From IMG/VR virus record IMGVR_UViG_3300003375_000009, positions 1 through 35,737 of that record: a stretch of DNA of 35,737 bases; one strand, given 5' to 3'. The notes under the pieces are model-generated. The model saw nothing but the letters and a program-made list of their open reading frames with translations, made no database searches and was not told the DNA's origin. This DNA comes from a virus. Its lineage: Duplodnaviria; Caudoviricetes. The position numbers and the translations under genes were made by a program. Below are positions 9,776 through 17,923 of the stretch, piece by piece (positions within the stretch are counted from its first letter, which is position 1; every line of letters begins with the position of its first letter).

Positions 9776-10531
9776 TTATCGTGGTGATCTATAAATAATT
9801 GTCATACTACGTGGCTTTTCCAAGTCGCGGGAATTGTATGCGTCCGGTATATCCTGTTCCTCCCAACGAACAACCATTGGCGCAAGAACTGCGGCAACAG
9901 GAAGTCCCCGCATTGAGGCGTATTTCCATGCCATATAATCGGATATGTAGTCGTGATGCAGACGATTGATACCCGCAACTTTCACAGTGTCGGTAGGCAA
10001 GTAGTAAGACGGCGGTCGCTTGAAGCGCACGCGCAGTCCTCCGTTTCCGTTTATTGCGGTGGTGATTGAATAGACTGGCGTCGGATAGAGATAAATTGAG
10101 TTTCCCTTTTTCACATGCTCGCGCGGAATTGCGGCGATGTTGTTGTTGTACTGTGACTGCGAGTAGTGAAGCTCTGCAAACTTTCGTTCGTCGAGTTCCG
10201 GCAATGCAGTCCAAATGGTGTTCGTCGGGTCGCGCACTTCCACCTGTTCAATTTCGATCTGTTGAGTATTTAAAGTGTAGTCAGGTTGACCGGCAATGAG
10301 GTCGGTCGTGCCGATAGGGAAGTCGGTGTAGTTGTTGTCATCAAAAGCCCAAGAATTATCCGACTTGAGAGCGAGTATCGCGTAGCGTCCGAGCGCTTCA
10401 TTTGCGAGGTTCGTAAAAAGTTGCAAGCGGTTCGGGTTCTGTGAGATTTGTCCAAAACCACTGTCACCAAAGAGCTTGACTTCCGTCGCTTGAATGATAC
10501 CTGATAGACCTGTGGGATCGTTGAACTCCAT
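9776..10531 (-). CDS. head-tail adaptor (T7 gp11/P22 gp4-like)
   Basis: TTDLIAGQPDYTL...IYLYPTP...LRVRFKR...HHDYISDYMAWKY is typical of phage adaptor proteins; position in the module. Confidence 0.65.
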   Translation of the reverse strand: MEFNDPTGLSGIIQATEVKLFGDSGFGQISQNPNRLQLFTNLANEALGRYAILALKSDNSWAFDDNNYTDFPIGTTDLIAGQPDYTLNTQQIEIEQVEVRDPTNTIWTALPELDERKFAELHYSQSQYNNNIAAIPREHVKKGNSIYLYPTPVYSITTAINGNGGLRVRFKRPPSYYLPTDTVKVAGINRLHHDYISDYMAWKYASMRGLPVAAVLAPMVVRWEEQDIPDAYNSRDLEKPRSMTIIYRSPR

Positions 10532-10670
10532 AATATATTTTGAAAATTATGGACGTCACAACTCGTCTAAAATAAGTATACTACAAACTCAGGTAAAATA
10601 CACAACAGGGCGGGCATCTTGTTGTGATTACGGATTGCGACACCCGTATATGCCCGACCTGCCGTATATT

Positions 10671-11198
10671 CTACGGCTTCTTATCGAACTTCTTTTTGTA
10701 CTCCTCGACGTAGTCAAACGTGTTTACTATGACAACCCCCTTGACGACTTCGGTCGTTTCAATGTCCTCGTACTTGCTCAAATGAGGTGCGACGTACTTT
10801 TTGATAAGCGGTGCAACGCGGTCTTTGATTTTCTGCACTTTGAGGGCGTGCTTGTTGCGTATGCGCTCAAACTCTTCCTTTTGAGCTCGAAGCTCCTTAT
10901 GGCGTGTCATCATCTTTGCCGGAATTGCCGCAAGTTTGAACTCCATAATCTTGTCTCCGAGCTTGTTAAGTTGTTCCGCGAGTTCCGTGATCTGCTTGGT
11001 GAGCTTTTCGCCCTCCGTAAGCCATTCGACAGGCGGTTTTGCCGCTTCCGTACATTCGCGCTCCTGCGCGTTCGCTTCCTCGATTTTGGCTTCGATTGCC
11101 TCAATCTTTTCCGATGCCTTGCGTCCCGCTTCCACTTCGATCCCCTTGTCCTCAAGGAGCTTTAAAATCTTTTTGTCGGCAATTGTTATTTTAGCCAT
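10671..11198 (-). CDS. hypothetical coiled-coil protein
   Basis: K/E-rich heptads; likely start MAKITIADK at 11198. Confidence 0.75.
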   Translation of the reverse strand: MAKITIADKKILKLLEDKGIEVEAGRKASEKIEAIEAKIEEANAQERECTEAAKPPVEWLTEGEKLTKQITELAEQLNKLGDKIMEFKLAAIPAKMMTRHKELRAQKEEFERIRNKHALKVQKIKDRVAPLIKKYVAPHLSKYEDIETTEVVKGVVIVNTFDYVEEYKKKFDKKP

Positions 11199-12018
11199 AG
11201 ATTGTCTCAATAATTGGTAATGATAATATCTGATGAATGACTTTTACGATGTTGTGTCGGTCATCAAACTCTTGGTCAGTGAGCCCAAAATCAGTCTTTT
11301 CAAGCGTGACCGGATCGTACATAGTGCTGACAACTCCGCATGAGCGCGCTTCCATGTTGATGCGTCCGAGCAGTATGCCGCACACTTCGTCCGCTTCTGC
11401 GAGATGTTTCTCGATACGCCATGTCGCGTCGTGAAACCGTACCCATGGCGAATACTTGAGCTCTGCGCCGAAGTTCAAACCATAAATATCGACGCGTCGT
11501 TTCTCTGTCGCTCCCTCAATTATATGGTTCAAAAACTTTTCACGCAACTTGTCGAGCGTGCATGCGACGACGACCTGCCAATAGTCGCGCTCTGGTTTCT
11601 TTTCAACAGGAGCGAAACGTACACGGTCGATGCCGTTGTAGATGACCGCTATCTTTTCTGCCGGTATGCCGTGCTTCTCGATCATCCATGCGCGCGTAGT
11701 CGGACGCACAGCAATATAGAAGTCTGCGGGTATCGGCGGCTCAACGTCGAGCTCGGAGTGGCACATATTGATGCACAGTCCCTCAATGCCCTCGGGTCGC
11801 CAACTCGACGCGATAATCAGGTCATAGCGTGGCTCAAGCTGTTGCGGGTTAAGACATTTGACGCCGGCTTTCATTAAGCCTTTCAAAAGCTCATTATTGC
11901 CGAACGGCGCGCACACCGTGACATCATGCTCGAACGGAATTGCCCGCCCGAGCTCGTACACCGACGTCGCCTGACCGGAATAATAGGTCATATTCATTGC
12001 TGTGAGTAGTATTCTCAT
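11191..12018 (-). CDS. glycosyltransferase, GT-B fold (GT4-like)
   Basis: MRILL...SGQATSVYELGRA...KIAVIYNGIDRVRF...GRINMEARSCG. Confidence 0.8.
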   Translation of the reverse strand: MRILLTAMNMTYYSGQATSVYELGRAIPFEHDVTVCAPFGNNELLKGLMKAGVKCLNPQQLEPRYDLIIASSWRPEGIEGLCINMCHSELDVEPPIPADFYIAVRPTTRAWMIEKHGIPAEKIAVIYNGIDRVRFAPVEKKPERDYWQVVVACTLDKLREKFLNHIIEGATEKRRVDIYGLNFGAELKYSPWVRFHDATWRIEKHLAEADEVCGILLGRINMEARSCGVVSTMYDPVTLEKTDFGLTDQEFDDRHNIVKVIHQILSLPIIETIYG

Positions 12019-12602
12019 AGATTTATCTCTGGGTGCTTATTTTTCATCAATTGACGGGCTTCTTTCGCATCCTGTGAGTGCGTATCTTGCCCCGCATGTA
12101 CGCGATAGAGGAAAAGACCGCCTTTTATGTACTTTCCGCTAAAACCACGCTTAAAACAGCGAAAATAGAAGTCCCAATCTTGGTATTTCTGGTCTTTGTC
12201 CCAACCACCGACCTGATCGAAGCACTTTTTGCGGATCAAAGACGTCATCCAAGGCGCTGTAGTGTTTACAAAGGTCGCCATGCTCCATGGTGCGCCATAC
12301 ATTACCTCTTTGCTGTCGCCAAACTTCTGTACGTCAGTATAAACGATGTCTGCATCGCTTTCCTCCATGGCTTTTGTGGTTTCCTCGATGAAATTGTGCG
12401 CGAGCATATCGTCGTCGGAGAGCACAATCACGGCGTCGCCGGTACACTTCTCGACCATGTCGTTGATTTTCTCTGCCGCGGTCGTAGCGCGGGAATAAAT
12501 CACAAAAATCTCATGCGCGGGTACGCTTTGTTTCTGAACTGAAATAAGCGCATGCGCAAGATAGTCAAGTTTATAGCATGGAATTACGACGGAGACTTTC
12601 AT
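12015..12602 (-). CDS. glycosyltransferase family 2 (GT-A)
   Basis: MKVSVVIPCY...SVQKQS...LSDDD (DxD)...ADIVY...VGGWD...QDWDF...YRVH; ATGA overlap with the upstream gene. Confidence 0.9.
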   Translation of the reverse strand: MKVSVVIPCYKLDYLAHALISVQKQSVPAHEIFVIYSRATTAAEKINDMVEKCTGDAVIVLSDDDMLAHNFIEETTKAMEESDADIVYTDVQKFGDSKEVMYGAPWSMATFVNTTAPWMTSLIRKKCFDQVGGWDKDQKYQDWDFYFRCFKRGFSGKYIKGGLFLYRVHAGQDTHSQDAKEARQLMKNKHPEINL

Positions 12603-13672
12603 TTGAAAAGCGTTTTGTACGCATCCTCCCACCGGTGCGCGTTATTATCAATGCTGTATTTTGCTTCGACGTACTCACGTGCCGCTTTCCCCATGTCTCG
12701 ACGCAATTTTTTGCTCGCCATGAGCAACTCGATCTGCTTTATCCATGACGCAGTATCAGTCGCAAGGAGCATGTGCATCGCGTCGTCGCCGTCCTGTTCA
12801 TATGGAGACATTTGGTCGGGGAACGACTGCGCGATGACAGGGATTTCAAGCATGGACGCTTCCAAAAACTTGAGATTGCTTTTGCAACGGTTGAAGTACG
12901 TATCTTTGCGGGGAATGATGACGATATCGAGGCGTAGTTCGTTGAGTTTGGTATAGTAGTCCTGATTGTTGACAAACGGATGCCATTCGAGGTTCTCAAC
13001 GCTATCCCAAAGTTTGTATTCCTCCGAGTAGAGTTTGCGTACCGTTTCGTCATGTCCTTTTGGCGGCAACGAGAAAAGAACGAACTGCACGCGCGGGTCG
13101 TTTTTGTAGTGTTCGATTATTGGTATACAGATGTCCGTATCTGATGTAAGGGCGATTGAGCCGGTAATGCCAATGCGGATTTTACCGCTTTCGTTCTTGA
13201 GAGGTTCGTCGAACAAAAACGGGTCGATGCAGTTTGGTATCGTGATGACGTTCGGGTTGAGTTTGAGATATTCCCGACGCAAAAACTCCGTCGAGCAAGT
13301 CACAAGGTCTGCTTCTTTGATGAACGTATCGAGAGCCGTATTGATTTTCTCAAGCCCGACTTTCATGCGTTCCTCGTCCATAAGGTCGTTGAGCTTGAAA
13401 CCACCGTCGTCTTTGAACGTATCATCGTTGTCATACACGATTTTCTTTCCGAGAGCCTTGAGCGAACGCGCAAGCTGTAACTTCTGGTTGCTGTCAGGTC
13501 TGTGGAAAACGATAACATCCGCGTCCTTTGCGGCGCGAGCTTTATCCTCGGGTGTATGATGTTCGGGAACAATACTCGTCTGATCACCGTCCCACCCGTT
13601 CGCTTGAAGCGGTTGAAGACACCGTACCTGATAGCATCCCTGTAGCCCTGACGTTATGTAGTAGACTTTCAT
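12599..13672 (-). CDS. glycosyltransferase, GT-B fold (GT4-like)
   Basis: KKIVYDNDD...ADLVTCSTEFL...VITIPNCID...FNRCKSNLKFLEASMLEIPVIA...MGKAAREYVEAKYS. Confidence 0.88.
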   Translation of the reverse strand: MKVYYITSGLQGCYQVRCLQPLQANGWDGDQTSIVPEHHTPEDKARAAKDADVIVFHRPDSNQKLQLARSLKALGKKIVYDNDDTFKDDGGFKLNDLMDEERMKVGLEKINTALDTFIKEADLVTCSTEFLRREYLKLNPNVITIPNCIDPFLFDEPLKNESGKIRIGITGSIALTSDTDICIPIIEHYKNDPRVQFVLFSLPPKGHDETVRKLYSEEYKLWDSVENLEWHPFVNNQDYYTKLNELRLDIVIIPRKDTYFNRCKSNLKFLEASMLEIPVIAQSFPDQMSPYEQDGDDAMHMLLATDTASWIKQIELLMASKKLRRDMGKAAREYVEAKYSIDNNAHRWEDAYKTLFK

Positions 13673-13848
13673 GCGGTTGGCGTATTGTCGCTATTGCGCT
13701 TGATAATTTGCTTGGTCACAGGGTCGATATGGTTTCCGTCCTTGTCGATCATCACGGACGTCTTTTTGAGGTTCTTGCCGATGACAACTTGAGGTTGTCC
13801 GTTGGCATTGTTGGTGTTTCCACCGAGTACGCGTAATTGGGATTTCAT
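13669..13848 (-). CDS. 59-aa hypothetical protein (not in ORF track)
   Basis: MKSQLRVLGG...IDKDGNHIDPVTKQIIKRNSDNTPTA*; stop overlaps the GT start (ATGA). Confidence 0.7.
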   Translation of the reverse strand: MKSQLRVLGGNTNNANGQPQVVIGKNLKKTSVMIDKDGNHIDPVTKQIIKRNSDNTPTA

Positions 13849-13859
13849 ATGAGTGAAAA

Positions 13860-13921
13860 GATAATTATTGGCAGAATTGATTGCCCTCCCTGTTCTGCAA
13901 AGAGGACAAACAACAATTATC
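13860..13921 (-). ncRNA. pseudoknotted intergenic RNA element downstream of the capsid gene
   Basis: 11-bp outer stem, 11-bp inner stem, loop GCAGAA complementary to downstream UUCUGC; G-U pairs only work on the minus strand. Confidence 0.55.
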
Positions 13922-13950
13922 AGGCGGGATAATCTAGGCTGTCACAAGGC

Positions 13951-14850
13951 TTACGCCGGTGAGACAACCGTGACACCTGCGATAGAACGGTTCAAGATCA
14001 CGCCGTAGAGCACGTCTGCGGTTGTGATAGTTGAAAGGTAAGCAGGGAAGTAGTTGGACTGAACGCGGATGCCGTCCGAGCCAACCATTTTGCCCATTGA
14101 GCCACCCTCACCGAGAGGAGAAGTAGCAAAGTGGATTGCGTCTGGGTGAGCAAACGCGTTGTAACGTCCGGTTGTGCCGGAGACATACCCGACCTGTGTG
14201 GTCGTGTATACAGGACGACCGTACAAGAACGCCTTAGGGTTCTTAGCTACTGGATCTTGTACAGGGGAGTTGATCGCAAGTGAGAACTTGTCGATGCCCT
14301 GCAACTGCTTCCAAAAGACGTTTGGATGCAGAATGAAAGCACATTCCTCTGTGTCGACGTTAACGCTTTCAAGCTGTGCGATCGCGTTGCGGACATCACT
14401 GTCGGCAATGTTGACCGTAGAGCTTCCGACTGACGTCGAGAACGTGCTAAACAAAGCAGTCATCGCCGCGTCGAGGTTCTTAGCAATTTCGTAGCCTGCG
14501 TTCTTAGCGTAGCGCTCCATAATTGCGTATGAACGCTTAACCTGCGCCGCCTGCGCGTCCTCGATAGCAAACGAACATTCATACCACTGGTTAATGGTGA
14601 GAGTGATGTTTGTCTCGGTTGGGTTGTTAAGCGTGACAGCAGTTGCGTTCGCTTTCGCGTTCGCCGCCATTTCTGTCATAGATGGCGTGAGGAGGATGTT
14701 ACCACCCTCTTCCACTTCGTCGGAGCGATCCGTGAAGAAAGGAGCACAAACGAGTTTCGCCTTGAAGAAGTCGTTTATTTTCTGCCCCCAGATTTCTGGG
14801 ATATACGCTGCGAGCGTCGTGGAGGTTTCGGTATTGGTTGGAAATGCCAC
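13951..14850 (-). CDS. major capsid protein (HK97 fold)
   Basis: YIPEIWG N-arm motif, ITLTINQWYECSFAIED, FILHP, LYGRPVY, TADVLYGV; follows the scaffold; GTG start. Confidence 0.9.
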   Translation of the reverse strand: MAFPTNTETSTTLAAYIPEIWGQKINDFFKAKLVCAPFFTDRSDEVEEGGNILLTPSMTEMAANAKANATAVTLNNPTETNITLTINQWYECSFAIEDAQAAQVKRSYAIMERYAKNAGYEIAKNLDAAMTALFSTFSTSVGSSTVNIADSDVRNAIAQLESVNVDTEECAFILHPNVFWKQLQGIDKFSLAINSPVQDPVAKNPKAFLYGRPVYTTTQVGYVSGTTGRYNAFAHPDAIHFATSPLGEGGSMGKMVGSDGIRVQSNYFPAYLSTITTADVLYGVILNRSIAGVTVVSPA

Positions 14851-14908
14851 GGTATTATCTGTGAGTTACACAGTAATAGGTAAGTAATTCCCAACGAGCA
14901 AAAAAAGA

Positions 14909-15454
14909 TTATTTGCCTTTGAGGGCAGCCTTTGCAAGTTCCTTGTGCTTGTCTCTCGACAGGTTAGGAGTTGCCGCGGTTTCTTTCGGCTTTGGAGCGC
15001 TTGCTCCGCGACCTGCACCGACACTGGCGTCCTCTGACTTTTTCTTTTTCTCAAATTGCTCCTTTATCACAACAAATACAGGGTCTTTTTGAGCTTCGAT
15101 GAGAGAAACGTTGTTGAGCTTTGCGACCTTTTTAAGGTCTTTCATAAGCTCCTCCTCCATTCCTTGCGAAATGAGTATGCGTTCATCTACATCGACTTGC
15201 TCCTTGGGTGCTTGCGGATCTGCCGGTTTAGGCGGGTCAGCAGGCTTTGCCGGTTCTGGTGGCTTTTGCTCTTTGAGCTTAGCCTCAGCTTTCTTTGCGC
15301 GAGCGAGTACTTGTTCTGCCATTTCGGCTTTCTTTTTGTAGTACTCGGTCTGCTCAGCAGCGCCCGACGGCGCTTCTCCTAGTTCCTTGATTTCGAGTTC
15401 TAGTTCCTCGACTGACTTTGTGGCGTCAGCTACCGGATCTGTTGGTTCTGCCAT
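14909..15454 (-). CDS. capsid scaffolding protein
   Basis: Acidic N-terminus, coiled coil ARAKKAEAKLK, Pro-rich linker; between portal and MCP. Confidence 0.75.
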   Translation of the reverse strand: MAEPTDPVADATKSVEELELEIKELGEAPSGAAEQTEYYKKKAEMAEQVLARAKKAEAKLKEQKPPEPAKPADPPKPADPQAPKEQVDVDERILISQGMEEELMKDLKKVAKLNNVSLIEAQKDPVFVVIKEQFEKKKKSEDASVGAGRGASAPKPKETAATPNLSRDKHKELAKAALKGK

Positions 15455-15565
15455 ACAGTTTGCAGGAACATGCTTACCTGCGAGCGATATGGGTGTTTAT
15501 GGAGTTTCACCCGATCCTAATGTGACCGAGCCTTTTAATGTCATGCTCGGGACAGGTTTTACAAA

Positions 15566-15772
15566 CTATTTGTTTCGAGTGTAAGAGTTATCAGCGTTCG
15601 TTGCAGTATTGCCTGCTCGGCTCACTGAGCCGCCTTGATTTGACTTGCCTTTTGAAGCCGCTTTGATTTTCATGGCAGTTTTGACGTTGCCTTTTGCCTT
15701 GTGATACGTTTCGATATCTCCAAAGCGAGCAGCGATGTCAGGGTTCACGTTTTTTGGTATTGGTGATTTCAT
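15566..15772 (-). CDS. small basic hypothetical protein
   Basis: 68 aa, ATGA-coupled to the upstream gene. Confidence 0.6.
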   Translation of the reverse strand: MKSPIPKNVNPDIAARFGDIETYHKAKGNVKTAMKIKAASKGKSNQGGSVSRAGNTATNADNSYTRNK

Positions 15773-15993
15773 CTTGCCTCATTCTCGGTAACAGGTTGTT
15801 CCTGCTTCCCATACAATTCCTTTAATTTTGCAAACGAGCGTTCGACTGCCGCGTTCGCCTCCTTGATGCCTTTGGTGTCCTCTCCACGCATCGCCATGTC
15901 TGCCGCTTCCTCACGCAAGTTCATTATCAGAAATTGCTTAACCGCTTCCGCGAGGTTCTCACTTGCATAAAAATGTCCAAGCAATTCGTACAT
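15769..15993 (-). CDS. portal-adjacent hypothetical protein
   Basis: 74-aa helical protein immediately after the portal. Confidence 0.7.
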   Translation of the reverse strand: MYELLGHFYASENLAEAVKQFLIMNLREEAADMAMRGEDTKGIKEANAAVERSFAKLKELYGKQEQPVTENEAR

Positions 15994-15998
15994 ACAAA

Positions 15999-17906
15999 TT
16001 ATTGTAACGCAGGGCTAGGAGTTTGTACAGGCGGTGCGGTCGGTTGTGCGTTCTGTGGTTGCGTTGGCGTAGCGGCGACAGGCGATGTCTGCGGTGCAAC
16101 CATATTGCCGGAGATGCCCAACTGCGTAGGAGACAAACCAGTTCCTGCCATTTCAACGATCGTGCCAAAGATTTTTGCCAAGATAGGGTTTTCAAGGATC
16201 ATAAACTTGCCCGTCTGTTGGTTGTAGCTCTGTGAAACCGTCTGCAAGATAGTCGAAAGCGACTGCATGACTGCCTGCTTGTTCTTGGTTTCGTTCGAGG
16301 TGATGACGCTGACCTTTCCCTCATAGTCATCAAAGTAACCGTCAGGGAACTTGATGTGGCGCGTCTTGCCCGTGAGCTTTTTCTGACCGGTCTGTACGGC
16401 GCTTGCGTATTCCGCAGGCGTAGGGATTGAAGCTGTGCCTTTCAAAAGGTCTTGGAACTTGATACCGAGTATCTTTTTGACGATTGCCTTGTTTGCGCCG
16501 GCTACTGCAAAGGACTGGTCGATGATCTTGAGCTCGTCGTCGGTATAGTCAGACGCAAGGATGTGTCCCTTGTAGAGCTTATTGATGAGGTATGGCAAAA
16601 CCCAGTCGTCGAAAATCTCTGAAATAAACTGTCCCATTTCCTCGCGTCGGTCATCAAATGGCTTGGACGCAATTTGGTTCATAAGTGCAGTCTGTGAGTA
16701 TGGTGTGTCAGCAGGTGCATTTGCACCTACGTTCGCGTCGAACGATGACGTTGCGTAGTCAGCTTGTGCTTTCCACTTGTTCACCTGTGCGTCGAACTCA
16801 CCGAGTGCGGCAGGTTCAAGTGCAAGGCTTTCAAGTGTTGCGCCTTGTTCAATCTCAAAAATCTTACCGTGGTCAACGGTCAAGATATTATTTCCGAGCT
16901 TCTTTGAAGTGGTCTTAATGACGACTTTGCCTGCCAAGTCCATGGCGTGCTTTTCGTTGATGACGCTGTCATTTGTCCATATCTGCGCTTCCTCTGCGTC
17001 CTCCATGATACCGCGACCAAGCGCGCGCCCCGCGAGTTTTTCCCACTCAAGATACTTGTATGGAAAGTCGTTGTTTTCCTCCGCAAAGAAAATGAACTTT
17101 TGATTGTAGAGCGTTGAAATGAAATAATGCTGCATCGAGTAGTCATACATCTCCTCGTCGGTGTAGTCCTCGTTCAATGCTTCTTTGAGATATGCCTTTG
17201 GAAGCTGTCCCCATACTTCCTGAATAGGGATTTTGACAGTGTTGAACTGCTCTTGGTTGTAGCCGCGCTTACGCGTCATTTTCTGCTGTGTCGCAAGCTC
17301 AAGCGCTTCGTCGACGTTATCCCATACGCCGCGCTTTGCCGCGAGCTCAACAGGCGTCCAAAAATGGTTCTCGATAATCAAGCCACTCAAAATGTTGACC
17401 TGATCCGTAACCATGTTTTTCCAGTCACAAATCTCGATTTTCAAACCGTCCTTTTTGTTCTTGTACTTCTTGACGAGCACACCACCGTACTTTGCGCGAG
17501 TGTGCGTCATTTCCTTGAGTGTATTCGCAAAGTTGACCTGCTTCATCCACTCAAACGCTTCGTGGTTGAGGAACATGGAACGCACCCAGTCCTTTGGTTC
17601 GTCGCTTTGGATTTGAATATCTTTGACGTCGAGCATGGTCGCAACCTTGGCGACAGTCACGCGGAAGTTCACGATGTTGTAAAACGGCTTCTCGCGTCCG
17701 AGTTGGTCTTTGTTGCCTTTCAAGTAGCGCGAGTTGGAATAGAACTCGCACATCTTGATGACCTTGTACTGCGACCATGAGAGGTTTTCCATGATCTCAA
17801 TTGGCGTGTCACGGTAGAACGTGATTGCTTGGTCTACATCGCGGAAAATGTTTTTGTTCGCGTTGTCGACCCGTTGACCTGCTGACTGTTGAAGAGATTG
17901 TTTCAT
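15999..17906 (-). CDS. portal protein
   Basis: 635 aa right after TerL; KPFYNIV, GRGIMEDAEEAQIWTN, Q/P-rich C-terminal barrel typical of podovirus portals. Confidence 0.85.
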   Translation of the reverse strand: MKQSLQQSAGQRVDNANKNIFRDVDQAITFYRDTPIEIMENLSWSQYKVIKMCEFYSNSRYLKGNKDQLGREKPFYNIVNFRVTVAKVATMLDVKDIQIQSDEPKDWVRSMFLNHEAFEWMKQVNFANTLKEMTHTRAKYGGVLVKKYKNKKDGLKIEICDWKNMVTDQVNILSGLIIENHFWTPVELAAKRGVWDNVDEALELATQQKMTRKRGYNQEQFNTVKIPIQEVWGQLPKAYLKEALNEDYTDEEMYDYSMQHYFISTLYNQKFIFFAEENNDFPYKYLEWEKLAGRALGRGIMEDAEEAQIWTNDSVINEKHAMDLAGKVVIKTTSKKLGNNILTVDHGKIFEIEQGATLESLALEPAALGEFDAQVNKWKAQADYATSSFDANVGANAPADTPYSQTALMNQIASKPFDDRREEMGQFISEIFDDWVLPYLINKLYKGHILASDYTDDELKIIDQSFAVAGANKAIVKKILGIKFQDLLKGTASIPTPAEYASAVQTGQKKLTGKTRHIKFPDGYFDDYEGKVSVITSNETKNKQAVMQSLSTILQTVSQSYNQQTGKFMILENPILAKIFGTIVEMAGTGLSPTQLGISGNMVAPQTSPVAATPTQPQNAQPTAPPVQTPSPALQ

Positions 17907-17923
17907 GTAATTGAATTATACAG

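Noticed and set aside
11191-13672. DNA glucosylation (T4-like) role for the GTs
   Set aside because: No hydroxymethylase, TET/JBP or own polymerase is seen, and apparent restriction-site avoidance suggests unprotected DNA; not formally excluded.
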